Shown here: positions 8,855-18,709 of the stretch, piece by piece | Numbering within the stretch: the stretch's first letter is position 1 | Layout of the letters: each line of letters starts with the position of its first letter | From: Calditrichales bacterium | GTDB taxonomy: Bacteria; Calditrichota; Calditrichia; Calditrichales; J004 | Assembly: GCA_965267575.1 (NCBI GenBank) | Contig: OZ254086.1 | Location: forward strand, 4,192,001 to 4,256,000 | Direction: 5' to 3' | DNA length: 64,000 nt | The notes under the pieces: model-generated | Seen by the model: the letters and a program-made list of their open reading frames with translations, nothing else | The model's database searches: none | What the model was told of the DNA's origin: nothing | Translations under genes and position numbers: made by a program

Positions 8855-10183
8855 TTACAGGGAAACAGTTTCGCCCTTAAAAACGGCAATCTGTCCATAA
8901 AGTTCATATTCGCTGACGTCTTCTATATCAACCTCTATAAAGTCGCCCGGTCGGGCGGGAACGTCATTATGTGCGGGAATAATGACTTCATTGTCAATCT
9001 CCGGCGCATCGCGGTATGTGCGCCCGGTATAAAGGCCGTTATTAATGTCGAATTCATCCAGCAGAACTGACATTCTATGATCAATAAATTTCTTATTCAA
9101 TTCAAGCGAAATATCGCTTTGGATGCGCATCAGCTCTTCCTGGCGCTTCTGTGCCGTCCGCGTATCCACTTTCTCATCCAGCTCAAAAGCACGGGTGCCA
9201 TCCTCATCGGAATAGGTGAACGTACCCAGCCGGTCAAAACGGATGTCTTCAATGAAGCGCTTCAGTTCTTGAAAATCCGCTTCCTTTTCTCCGGGATGCC
9301 CAAGTATCAGTGTTGTACGCAGCGCTATATCCGGCACGGTGGCACGCATAAATTCAAACAAGCCCATCAGCGATTGCCTGGTATCTCCGCGACGCATTTT
9401 TCGCAGCATATTTTCGCTGATGTGCTGAATCGGCATGTCGATATAACGAACAAGCTTGTCACTGTCGCGCATAAAGCGGATCACATCTTTGGGGAAGTTG
9501 GTCGGATACCAGTACATCACGCGGATCCACTGCAACCCGTCAATCTTTTCTAGCTCCTGCAACAGCTGAACAATCCTTTGCTCACCGTAAATATCCTTAC
9601 CGTAATAAGATGTGTCCTGCGAGATCAGGATAAGCTCCTTCGTGCCGTTTTCTACGAGCAGACGCGCTTCCTCGACAAGGCTTTCGATGGTGCAGCTGCG
9701 GTGCTTGCCGCGCATACCGGGTATGGCGCAAAAAGAGCAGCTGTGATTGCAGCCTTCGGATATTTTAAGATATGCGTAATGACGCGGTGTCGTCACTTTT
9801 CGCATCCGCTGAAGGTTATCCATGGCCGCGTGCTTTTTGCCCAACGCCGCCAGTATCCCGCGGTAATCTTCGGTACCGAATATGGCGTCTACATCGGGTA
9901 TTTCCTTTTCGATTTCCGGACGATAGCGCTGGCTGAGACAGCCGGCAACAAACACTTTTTTGTGCGGATCTTCCTCTTTCAGACGCAGGGCCTCAAATAT
10001 CGCCTGGATCGATTCATTTTTAGCCGACTCGATAAAACCGCAGGTATTGATTATAATAACGTCTGAATCGCGCGGTTCGTCGACGACTTCAAATTGGTTG
10101 GATTGAAGCTGCCCCATCAGCACCTCGCTGTCCACCAGGTTTTTGGAACAGCCCATTGTTGTGATATGTACTTTTTTAATCAA
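8855..10183 (-). CDS. rimO: Ribosomal protein S12 methylthiotransferase
   Basis: MGCSKNLVDSE, NTCGFI, radical SAM CxxxCxxC (CNHSCSFC), DAPEID and TRAM domain. Confidence 0.95.
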   Translation of the reverse strand: MIKKVHITTMGCSKNLVDSEVLMGQLQSNQFEVVDEPRDSDVIIINTCGFIESAKNESIQAIFEALRLKEEDPHKKVFVAGCLSQRYRPEIEKEIPDVDAIFGTEDYRGILAALGKKHAAMDNLQRMRKVTTPRHYAYLKISEGCNHSCSFCAIPGMRGKHRSCTIESLVEEARLLVENGTKELILISQDTSYYGKDIYGEQRIVQLLQELEKIDGLQWIRVMYWYPTNFPKDVIRFMRDSDKLVRYIDMPIQHISENMLRKMRRGDTRQSLMGLFEFMRATVPDIALRTTLILGHPGEKEADFQELKRFIEDIRFDRLGTFTYSDEDGTRAFELDEKVDTRTAQKRQEELMRIQSDISLELNKKFIDHRMSVLLDEFDINNGLYTGRTYRDAPEIDNEVIIPAHNDVPARPGDFIEVDIEDVSEYELYGQIAVFKGETVSL

Positions 10184-11082
10184 TTGCTAAATAATCCTTC
10201 CGCAAATTCTCTGGCGTTAAATATCTCCATGTCTTCTGCTTTTTCTCCCAACCCGATATAGCGCACGGGTATGCCCAACTCTCTTTTAATTCCCAGTACA
10301 ACGCCACCTTTTGCCGTGCCATCCAGTTTGCTTAAAAATATGGAATTCACATCTGCCGATTTCACAAATTCCTTGGCCTGGCTAACGGCATTTTGCCCGT
10401 TTCCGGCATCCAGTACGAGGATAATTTCATGTGGCGCACCCTCGATCTGGCGACTTATTATGCGTTTGATCTTCTCCAGTTCGCTCATCAGGTTGCTTTT
10501 TGTATGCAGCCGCCCGGCCGTATCGACAATCAGCACATCGCTAAGGCGCGCCCTCGCGGCATTACAGGCGTCAAATACAACAGCAGCAGGGTCGGCATGA
10601 GCCTTATGGCGGATAACCTCTACGCCGACTCTCTCTCCCCACATCACAAGCTGTTCAATCGCCGCGGCACGAAATGTATCGGCGGCGGCCAGCAACACAT
10701 TTTGTCCGTTGCTTTTATAATAATGGGCCATTTTTGCGACGGAGGTGGTTTTCCCCGTTCCATTAACACCCACCACGAGGATAACTTTAGGCTTTTGCTC
10801 CACAGCAGGCATCTCTTCATAATCCAGCAGGCGGCGCACTTCGTCCCTGATTAATTCGTTAAGTTCTTCAGCATTTTCGTAGCGCTCGCGGCGCACCCGG
10901 TCACGGATGTTGTCGAGCACGTGCAAGGTGGTATCTACCCCCACGTCACCAGTAATCAGAATCTCTTCCAACTCATCCAGCAGCTCATCATCAATATGCT
11001 TCTTAGCATTGATCAGCCTGTTGACCTTGGAAAAGACGTTTTCCCTGGTTTTAGTAAGGCTCTTCTTTATTCTTCCAAACAC
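10180..11082 (-). CDS. ftsY: Signal recognition particle receptor
   Basis: GVNGTGKTT, DTFRAAA, DTAGR, KLDGTAKGG; likely GTG start at 11082 rather than 11163. Confidence 0.95.
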   Translation of the reverse strand: MFGRIKKSLTKTRENVFSKVNRLINAKKHIDDELLDELEEILITGDVGVDTTLHVLDNIRDRVRRERYENAEELNELIRDEVRRLLDYEEMPAVEQKPKVILVVGVNGTGKTTSVAKMAHYYKSNGQNVLLAAADTFRAAAIEQLVMWGERVGVEVIRHKAHADPAAVVFDACNAARARLSDVLIVDTAGRLHTKSNLMSELEKIKRIISRQIEGAPHEIILVLDAGNGQNAVSQAKEFVKSADVNSIFLSKLDGTAKGGVVLGIKRELGIPVRYIGLGEKAEDMEIFNAREFAEGLFSN

Positions 11083-11086
11083 TCGT

Positions 11087-12040
11087 TCACCTTCCGGCAA
11101 AATTAGGATAGTTAAAATTAAACCGCTTTCTGAAAAACCATTTGGTGAACCCGAAAATAGCAATCATAAGCAGTAAATAAAAAGGTAATTTCAAACAAAC
11201 GGCAATGGCAAAAAAGAGAATGCCGTATTTCGTCGATTGGACGGCAGCTTCCACGGATCGACGGATAACCGCTCGCGCAAAAAAAGGCAAAGACGGCACA
11301 AGCATCGTTAATGCAAAAACATCACTCAGCCAGATTGCGGACAACAGAGCCACGGCGAACAGTCCTCCGGCACAATAGATAACAAAAGCAACGCCATGGG
11401 TAACGGCCAGCGTGTTTTTATTATTCGCCCTGTCCCCTTCCACATCCGGTAAAGTGGTAAAAAAATAGAGCGCCGTATTAAAAAACAGGTACGGCAACGC
11501 ATCAAAAATCAATTCCGTGGACCAGGATTTTTGCGCCAGCCAGCCTATTGCAAAGGCGAGCCAGCCCATGGCGGCATTGGCCAGCAAACTGGTTACGGGG
11601 TTGTCCTTAAATGCAAATGGCCTGTAATTGTAAGCGTATCCCGTAATCAGGATAAAGGCGCCAACAGCCACAAATAGAATCCTGTCTATGGCCAGCGCCA
11701 GGGTAAGGGCAAAAACGATCAGAAGGGCTGCTTCCCAAACCGCGGCGCGTTTGGAAATATGTTTTTCCGACAGGAAGAACAGTTTGTTGTTCGATCTGTC
11801 CGAATCAATATCCTGAATTTGATTGAGCAGAAAAGACCCGCCCATGGCCGCCCCAAAAAGGATCAGCAATAGGGCTATCTCTCCGTAATTAAATGCCATA
11901 AAGTGGTTTGCGGGCAGCAAAATCCGGCCATTCCAGGCAATCAGGTAGCCGGCCAGCAGGGTCGACCAGCCCGGGAAAAACAACATGGGCCGCAATACAA
12001 AAAAGTAGTCCAGCGATTTAAGCAGGCGGGAAGAAGCCAT
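11087..12040 (-). CDS. UbiA-family prenyltransferase
   Basis: Multi-TM; Asp-rich motifs NQIQDIDSD and PDVEGD. Confidence 0.85.
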   Translation of the reverse strand: MASSRLLKSLDYFFVLRPMLFFPGWSTLLAGYLIAWNGRILLPANHFMAFNYGEIALLLILFGAAMGGSFLLNQIQDIDSDRSNNKLFFLSEKHISKRAAVWEAALLIVFALTLALAIDRILFVAVGAFILITGYAYNYRPFAFKDNPVTSLLANAAMGWLAFAIGWLAQKSWSTELIFDALPYLFFNTALYFFTTLPDVEGDRANNKNTLAVTHGVAFVIYCAGGLFAVALLSAIWLSDVFALTMLVPSLPFFARAVIRRSVEAAVQSTKYGILFFAIAVCLKLPFYLLLMIAIFGFTKWFFRKRFNFNYPNFAGR

Positions 12041-13434
12041 TAGCTCTCATTATTGGTGAGGTCTTTAACCGGCAAAGGATATTTCCCGCTGAAGCAGGCC
12101 GTGCAATATTGCTGTCCTTCTTCCTGCGGCATAGCGCTGATCATCCCCTCCAGTGACAGATATTTTAGAGAATCTGCGCCCAGATAAGAGCAAATGTCAT
12201 CAACGCTGCGGTTGTGGGCTACTAGCTCTTCACGTGTCGGAAAATTCATACCGAAATAGCAGGGGTTTTTTATCGGTGGCGAGCTGATCCGTAAATGGAC
12301 TTCCTTAGCTCCGGCGTCGCGTACGGTCTGCACAAGCTGTTTGAGTGTCGTTCCGCGCACAATGGAGTCATCCACGATGACAACGATCCGGTCCTTAAGA
12401 ACGCCGCCAACCGTATTGAATTTAAGGCGCACTCCGGAAGCCCGGCCCTGCTGTGTCGGCTTTATAAACGTACGTCCCACATAGTGATTGCGAATAAGGC
12501 CGATCTCGAATTTTGCCCCGCTGCGTTGCGAATAGCCCAGGGCCGTAGTGTTGCTGCTATCGGGAACACTTATGACGATATCAGCATCGATATCACATTC
12601 AAGTGCCAGATTTTTGCCCAGTTTACGCCGGGTTTTGTCCACATATTCGCCAAATATCTTGCTGTCCGGACGCGAAAAATAGACAAATTCAAAAACGCAA
12701 TGCGCCGGTGTACATTTTTCAAACGGAAAGAAGCTTCGCATGCCATTTTCGTCAAATACCAGCATCTCGCCGCATTCCACATCGCGGATGTAAGTGGCAC
12801 CGATTAAATCGAGCGCGTTTGTTTCGGAGCAGGCAATCCAGGCATCCCCCAGCTTGCCCAGCGCCAAAGGCCGGAATCCTCTGGGATCGCGGATAACAAC
12901 TAATTTTTCGTTGCTAAGGAAAACAAGGCTAAAAGCGCCTTCCACCTGACGAACGGCATCCTGAATCTTGGAGATGAGGTCTTTTTCAGTTGATTTGGCC
13001 ACAAGATGCAGAATCACCTCGCTGTCGGTTGTGGTCTGGAAAATTGAGCCGCGCTCTTCCAACTGACGCCGTAAGGTCTTGGAGTTGCTGAGATTGCCGT
13101 TGTGGCCTACACCGAGAAAACCATCTTTATGATGGACAACTATCGGCTGAACGTTCAGCGCTGCCGACGCGCCGGTGGTGGCATAACGGTTATGCCCGAT
13201 GGCGATATGACCGTTAAGCTCGGCCAGGTTTTCTTCATTAAATATGTCCGATACCAGCCCCATGCCCAGTTTTTTCTTCACATTATGCCCGTCACTTACA
13301 GCAATGCCCGCACTTTCCTGGCCTCGATGCTGCAGCGCGTGCAAGCAGAGATAGGTATTTACGGCCGCATTTTTGGTACCGTAAATCCCGGCAACACCGC
13401 AAAATTCTTTGGGTTTATCAAGTAAATTATCCAT
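12040..13434 (-). CDS. purF: Amidophosphoribosyltransferase
   Basis: Propeptide followed by CG, LQHRGQES, PRPP motif VDDSIVRGTT, C-terminal CTAC Fe-S ligands. Confidence 0.96.
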   Translation of the reverse strand: MDNLLDKPKEFCGVAGIYGTKNAAVNTYLCLHALQHRGQESAGIAVSDGHNVKKKLGMGLVSDIFNEENLAELNGHIAIGHNRYATTGASAALNVQPIVVHHKDGFLGVGHNGNLSNSKTLRRQLEERGSIFQTTTDSEVILHLVAKSTEKDLISKIQDAVRQVEGAFSLVFLSNEKLVVIRDPRGFRPLALGKLGDAWIACSETNALDLIGATYIRDVECGEMLVFDENGMRSFFPFEKCTPAHCVFEFVYFSRPDSKIFGEYVDKTRRKLGKNLALECDIDADIVISVPDSSNTTALGYSQRSGAKFEIGLIRNHYVGRTFIKPTQQGRASGVRLKFNTVGGVLKDRIVVIVDDSIVRGTTLKQLVQTVRDAGAKEVHLRISSPPIKNPCYFGMNFPTREELVAHNRSVDDICSYLGADSLKYLSLEGMISAMPQEEGQQYCTACFSGKYPLPVKDLTNNES

Positions 13435-13504
13435 TATGCCCGTGTTTTATAATAAATGAGTAATATAAAGATTTTATCGCCCATAGGCCACAGGCCCATC
13501 CAGG

Positions 13505-13897
13505 TTATTTTGAATTAAATACTATCAAGGCCAACCCCACCCCGGCGGCGTCAGCTAAAAGGTCTTTCCAGGAAAAGCGGTTTCGGGGGCGGGTACTGTC
13601 GTAACCCTCCTTTAAAACACCAAGTGAAAACGAGATCGTGGCGCCTGCTAGTAGAGATTCTTGTTTCCCTGCGTCGGCGAAACGCTCTCCGGCAAGGCCG
13701 ATTGCGCCGGCAAGTATAAAGCTTCCCAGAAAATGCTGCGCCTTGTCTTTGGCAATAAAAGAATCATGCCATTTTTGAATCTTTAGCTCTTTTTCAGATT
13801 CGGAAACCGACGAGTCTGCCGCCACGTAAGCAGTGTCAGCTACTTGCGCATTGGCGCAGACAAAGAAAAGCAGAATAAGGTATATTAGCGAACGCAT
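13505..13897 (-). CDS. YfiM/DUF2279-like exported membrane protein
   Basis: DKAQHF, KEGYD, FSWKDLLAD motifs. Confidence 0.7.
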   Translation of the reverse strand: MRSLIYLILLFFVCANAQVADTAYVAADSSVSESEKELKIQKWHDSFIAKDKAQHFLGSFILAGAIGLAGERFADAGKQESLLAGATISFSLGVLKEGYDSTRPRNRFSWKDLLADAAGVGLALIVFNSK

Positions 13898-13900
13898 CGT

Positions 13901-14650
13901 TTACCATTGTATAGATAAATGTAAGCCAACCCGCTCATGAATCACCGTGGGCGTCACAGCCAGTTCAATCGCTTTGTCGAATTTATATAAATAGGCGTCG
14001 ACATGTGCGTCCGTCAACATGAGCAGATAGGCCAGCCCCAAATACCAGGCAAAGCGACGGAAATCATCCTGGTATTCCCCGATACCCGTGCGGTCAAACT
14101 GGCGATCATTGCGCCACGTTTCGTAGGTGAGCCAGCTTACCAGGCCGGCCCATCCGACAGCTTTCCAGTAGCTCTCCGTGTAGAGTTGCCCCCAGCCGGG
14201 GATGATAGCCGATCTAAGTGTTGCGCCCCAGGGGGACTTCAGCGGCTTGTCACTTAGCAACTGCGCCTGCCAGCCACGAGGTGCCTCGGTTTGTGCTGTT
14301 GACCAGGCATCCAGTACAGCCAGGGTATGGGTAAATAAAGCGATACTTACATCCATAACCGCTTTGTCGCGGTACAACTTGTTGTCTGTGATATAGTAAC
14401 GATTAAGATGGTAGGCGCTGCGATAATAAAAGGTGGCACTGCCCGCGTATAAAATGGCCGCTTTCCAAAGTTTTTCCTGCCGTATCTGTCCCCAGCCCGG
14501 CAGTACCAGCGAACGTAAAGCGGAAGTGCCGGCGGCAACAGGCTTGATCGAATCAGCAGCGCTGGTGTCCGGCGCAGTTTGCGAAAAACCATCCGTAAAG
14601 CTAAGAAATTCGAACATTATTAACAGCGCAATCACATACTTCATCAACAA
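13901..14650 (-). CDS. Protein with two tandem DUF5683-like domains
   Basis: Repeated ALRSLVLPGWGQ..WKA / TLRSAIIPGWGQ..WKA; DAHVDAYL. Confidence 0.75.
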   Translation of the reverse strand: MLMKYVIALLIMFEFLSFTDGFSQTAPDTSAADSIKPVAAGTSALRSLVLPGWGQIRQEKLWKAAILYAGSATFYYRSAYHLNRYYITDNKLYRDKAVMDVSIALFTHTLAVLDAWSTAQTEAPRGWQAQLLSDKPLKSPWGATLRSAIIPGWGQLYTESYWKAVGWAGLVSWLTYETWRNDRQFDRTGIGEYQDDFRRFAWYLGLAYLLMLTDAHVDAYLYKFDKAIELAVTPTVIHERVGLHLSIQW

Positions 14651-15519
14651 CGCACCTTTATCGCCGAAGGAATCAGCTCCACAATCAGCTTTTCGATTTC
14701 GTAACCCAATATTTCACCGTCTACGTGGGCGGGAAAAGGGAGTTCGGCTGAAATTGTAATCTTCTTGGTGGTGGACATCTCAACATGCGGATCATAGATG
14801 TGTTTACCGGAGTATACCTTGATCAGGTTTTTTAGTATATGAAACTTGTTCATTTTGCGGATCATACACAAATCAAAAATACCGTCATCCGGTCGCGCGT
14901 TGGGAGTAAGGAAAAAGCCCCCGCCAAGGGAAGGCCCATTTCCAATCGTCAGCATAAAAAGATCATCTTCCCGCTTTAATTTATTAAAAGCCAGGCTTAG
15001 CGTTTGATAGCTGTATTTCCACAATGTTACCAGAACGGCATATAGATAAACAAAGTTTCCGCGAAGCATACGTACGGTTTTGCTCTTTTTTACAACAAGG
15101 GCATCGAAGCCGATACCGAGTCCGTTTATAAAATAGCGTTCATTGGCCTTGCCCACATCAATGTTTTTTACAAGTGAAGGTTTAAAAACATTTTCAAAAG
15201 CTTTTTTAGCGTTCAGCGGAATGCCCAGCACCTTTACAAGGTCATTGCCTGTTCCCACGGGAATTATAGCAAGTTGCGTGCTTTTTCCAACCAACCCGTT
15301 TATCACTTCATGGATTGTTCCGTCTCCACCTACCGCCACGATAACGTCATGGCTGTCGGCATGAAGGCGCGCCAGTTCCGCGGCATGCATCGGTCCATCT
15401 GTATAAACCACTTTGTGGCTTTCTTCTTTATGGACAAGCCACCGGGATAACAGCCGCGAAAAATTTCCGGCCTTTCCACGGCCGGCACGGGGATTGACTA
15501 TAAAACAGTATGATGCCAT
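14644..15519 (-). CDS. Diacylglycerol/lipid kinase (YegS/BmrU family)
   Basis: NPRAG, GGDGT, GTGND, GIGFDA, DGE motifs. Confidence 0.92.
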   Translation of the reverse strand: MASYCFIVNPRAGRGKAGNFSRLLSRWLVHKEESHKVVYTDGPMHAAELARLHADSHDVIVAVGGDGTIHEVINGLVGKSTQLAIIPVGTGNDLVKVLGIPLNAKKAFENVFKPSLVKNIDVGKANERYFINGLGIGFDALVVKKSKTVRMLRGNFVYLYAVLVTLWKYSYQTLSLAFNKLKREDDLFMLTIGNGPSLGGGFFLTPNARPDDGIFDLCMIRKMNKFHILKNLIKVYSGKHIYDPHVEMSTTKKITISAELPFPAHVDGEILGYEIEKLIVELIPSAIKVRC

Positions 15520-15894
15520 TTACTTTTTCACGGCGATACAGTCCATTTCAATATGGACGTCTTTGGGCAGACGACTAACTTCCACCGTTGCCCGGGCCGG
15601 CTTAGAGGTATTAAAGAAGCGGCCGTAAATGTCGTTTACAAGGCCAAAATCATCCATGTTTTTCAGGTATATGGTTGTTTTTACCACCTGGGTGAGTCCC
15701 AGTCCGGCCGCCTGTAGTACGGCTTCCAGATTGAGAATAACCTGCTCCGTTTGCTCGGCCACATCCTCGGAAACAATTTTGCCGGCGGCATCCAGGGCAA
15801 TCTGGCCCGAGGCAAAAACAAAGCCCTGCGCCTCCACCGCTTGTGAGTACGGACCGATAGGCTGCGGCGCTTTTGCTGATAATATCTGTTTCAT
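15520..15894 (-). CDS. ridA: RidA-family reactive intermediate deaminase
   Basis: PIGPYSQAV, SGQI, PAR, LPK..EMDCIA. Confidence 0.92.
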   Translation of the reverse strand: MKQILSAKAPQPIGPYSQAVEAQGFVFASGQIALDAAGKIVSEDVAEQTEQVILNLEAVLQAAGLGLTQVVKTTIYLKNMDDFGLVNDIYGRFFNTSKPARATVEVSRLPKDVHIEMDCIAVKK

Positions 15895-16208
15895 TTAACC
15901 CTCCCAAAAATCAGTTTTGAAAATAGACTTTATCCGTGTTATTATCAATACATCGATTTGGCAAAAAAAGCTGTGAAACACTCACAAAAAAATGTGCCCG
16001 AAATCTATGAGCAAAGCGCAAAACTCCGTGAAACATTTGTGATAATTTTGCTCACTTTTCACAAAAAATAATTAAACATAAATCTAATAAATAATACACT
16101 TAGCATGCGCCTCTCATATAAAATCAGATTTTAAAAGCCAAATTCTTGCAACCTTGCTTGACATATATTTGCCCCTTGCGTTATTCTATTTCAGGGCAGT
16201 CAAGTGGA

Positions 16209-16413
16209 TGTGAATAACTTGTGGAAAACCTCAGGAAATCCACAACGCTTGACGGATGAGTTGGCTGTCAAAAATCAACGGGCCTTAACTCAACACACTC
16301 CAAGTTTAATATTTTTAACATCTTACAATATATGCAGTTGTCTCTGTAGAGCAATAGTTGCGTCCATTTTTGAAATGTGAGACTCGATTGTCGCAGATAC
16401 GGACTGTGGATAA
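16209..16413. promoter_or_regulatory. DnaA-box cluster upstream of dnaA (autoregulatory and/or oriC)
   Basis: Matches to TTWTNCACA on the minus strand at 16209-16217 (TTATTCACA), 16220-16228 (TTTTCCACA), 16405-16413 (TTATCCACA); weaker AAATCCACA at 16236-16244; AT-rich tract near 16055-16145. Confidence 0.75.
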
Positions 16414-16431
16414 AATTTTTTGAGGGCACAA

Positions 16432-17838
16432 ATGAAGGACAATGCGACATCGCCAAGGGCATCTCTGGAACACCTCTGGAGTGATATTCTTGATGTCATA
16501 CGCCATGCGATTAATGAACGCACATATAATACCTGGTTTGCACCAACAAAAGCCATTGATATGGATGATCGCTTTATTAAGGTGCAGGTACCCAACCGCT
16601 TTTTCTGTGAATGGATCGAAAACCACTATGCGAAGCTGTTGAGTGATGCGATTATGCAGGTTTTGGGAGACAGCAAGCGCATTCGTTTTATTGTGGAAAG
16701 CAATGGCAATGGCCAGGTTTCTCCTTACGGAAAAAAAGACTGGGCCGGTATCAGTTCAGCTCAGTCAGGTCCGCAACACAATCATCAGAGCCAGCAAAAC
16801 AATCAATACAGCACCAGGATTAACGAACGTTATAATTTTGAGAACTTTATTGTTGGCGACAGCAATAATTTCGCCGTGGCAGCGGCACAAGCCGTGGGCA
16901 AATCGCCCGGCCGCAACAACTACAATCCTTTAATCATCTACGGCCGGACAGGTCTGGGCAAAACCCATCTTATTCAGGCCATCGGCAATCTGGCCATTTC
17001 CAACAACCCGGCCACACGCGTACACTATGCGTCCAGTGAGACGTTTACTTCGCACTTCATAAATGCCATTCAACAGAATAAAGTGGCCGATTTCTCGGCT
17101 TTTTACCGCTCCTGTGACATCCTTCTGCTGGATGATATTCAGTTTTTCTCCAACAAGGGCAAAACGCAGGAGGAGTTTTTTCACACGTTTAACGATTTGC
17201 ACCAAAACGGTAAACAGATTGTTTTAACATCAGACCGGCCCATAAATGAATTGACCGACCTGGAAGAACGCCTTGTTTCCCGCTTTAAATGGGGTTTGGT
17301 TGTAGATATTCAGCCACCGGAATTTGAAACGCGCCTGGCCATTCTGAGCAAAAAATGTGCTGAAAGCGAGCTTGATATTCCCGCCGATGTGCTGGACTAT
17401 CTTGCCGTTAACCTGATCGACAATGTTCGTGAACTGGAAGGCGCGCTAACAAAAATAATGGCCCAGGTAACTTTCACGACCGCAGAACCGACCATCGACC
17501 TGGCCCGTCAGATCGTTTCGGAAATCGCCCATCCCGACAAAAAGATGCTGACCATTGACACCATAATGGAGCATTGTTCAAAAGTCTTTGGTGTCAGCGT
17601 TGACCAAATACGCGCCAAAAGCCGCAAAAAAGACATTGTTCTGGCGCGGCAGGTAGCCATGTACCTGGCCAAAAAACTTACCCATCATTCACTGGTTTCC
17701 ATCGGATTGCATTTTGGCGGCCGGGACCATGCCACGGTTATCCACGGCATAGATAAAATTGAATCACGCCTCAAAACAGACAATGCGTTTCGTAGTAAAT
17801 TAGAGAATATGGTAAGACACCTGGAGTATAACCGCTGA
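16432..17838 (+). CDS. dnaA: Chromosomal replication initiator
   Basis: YNPLIIYGRTGLGKTHL, LLLDDIQF, RELEGAL, FGGRDHATV; ATG at 16432. Confidence 0.98.
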   Translation: MKDNATSPRASLEHLWSDILDVIRHAINERTYNTWFAPTKAIDMDDRFIKVQVPNRFFCEWIENHYAKLLSDAIMQVLGDSKRIRFIVESNGNGQVSPYGKKDWAGISSAQSGPQHNHQSQQNNQYSTRINERYNFENFIVGDSNNFAVAAAQAVGKSPGRNNYNPLIIYGRTGLGKTHLIQAIGNLAISNNPATRVHYASSETFTSHFINAIQQNKVADFSAFYRSCDILLLDDIQFFSNKGKTQEEFFHTFNDLHQNGKQIVLTSDRPINELTDLEERLVSRFKWGLVVDIQPPEFETRLAILSKKCAESELDIPADVLDYLAVNLIDNVRELEGALTKIMAQVTFTTAEPTIDLARQIVSEIAHPDKKMLTIDTIMEHCSKVFGVSVDQIRAKSRKKDIVLARQVAMYLAKKLTHHSLVSIGLHFGGRDHATVIHGIDKIESRLKTDNAFRSKLENMVRHLEYNR

Positions 17839-17884
17839 ATTGAGCCGATCCGTTAAAAACTAATACGAATAATTCCCTTACCGC

Positions 17885-18709
17885 TTAAAGAAATTTAAAC
17901 TCGGGGATATACTCAATCAGGCTAAAGTAAAAGGCATAGCGGTAAAACTCGACCAGGGCTTCCTTTTCCAGGTCGCCCAGAACGTAGCTGATTTCACTTT
18001 CCAGAAAATCCCTGTAAACAGGTTTTAAGGATTTATTTGCTGCGCAGGATGCGGCTATCTCTTCCACGTGTTTTCGGCCCTCATCCAAAGATTCCTGCAG
18101 CAGGACAGCCTCTTTTTCAGTTACGCGTGTATTTCGTCCCACCCAGAAACCGTTCACAAAAGGCAGTCCGGTCATTTCATACCACTGCTCGGCCAGGTCA
18201 ATATAATTTTTGTTGGATTGTGTCTCTGCCAGGGCCGCTTCTCCATGCATCAGCACGGCGTCATATTCGCCGAGAAGCTGTTCAAGGCTGCCCTGCTTTT
18301 CCACAATCTCCGGGCGCAGTTCATAGCGCTCACGCAAGACGATCGACAGCAAAGCCCTTTCACTGTAATAGCCGGGGATAACAGCAATTTTTTGCAGGCT
18401 GTGCAGATTGGACTGAAAGAAAAGCGCCACCGTCCGTGATGACCTTTGCCAGTTTTGGCTCATGCCATCAAACACCTGCCAGCCTTCTTTTACGCGTCCA
18501 AATTCTATCGCGGAGATAAAAGCAACATCGGTAAGTTGTTCGCGCGTTTTCAGTGCCGTCTCAGCCGGGCTGTCCGCCGTCAGCTCAATCTGCTTGTTAT
18601 TGTTAAGCGCGTATATAAAAGGCGCACAGAGAATGCTTTTGCCCGCACTTACGCGAAGAGGCTTCTTTTTGCCCGGTACTTTCTGCTTGTACAGGTCCTG
18701 GGGATTCAT
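17885..18709 (-). CDS. MqnA/MqnD-family (futalosine pathway chorismate dehydratase-like) protein
   Basis: DAVLMHGEAAL, DLAEQWYEMTGLPFV.GFW resemble MqnA; N-terminal motifs divergent. Confidence 0.7.
   Translation of the reverse strand: MNPQDLYKQKVPGKKKPLRVSAGKSILCAPFIYALNNNKQIELTADSPAETALKTREQLTDVAFISAIEFGRVKEGWQVFDGMSQNWQRSSRTVALFFQSNLHSLQKIAVIPGYYSERALLSIVLRERYELRPEIVEKQGSLEQLLGEYDAVLMHGEAALAETQSNKNYIDLAEQWYEMTGLPFVNGFWVGRNTRVTEKEAVLLQESLDEGRKHVEEIAASCAANKSLKPVYRDFLESEISYVLGDLEKEALVEFYRYAFYFSLIEYIPEFKFL

Noticed and set aside
11083..11163. N-terminal extension of FtsY in the ORF track
   Set aside because: Overlaps the UbiA gene; GTG at 11082 gives a typical short FtsY.
16268..16642. Small ORFs around the dnaA start, considered as rpmH or a leader peptide
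   Set aside because: No similarity to L34 (MKRTFQP-type, Arg-rich); they overlap dnaA or the DnaA boxes.
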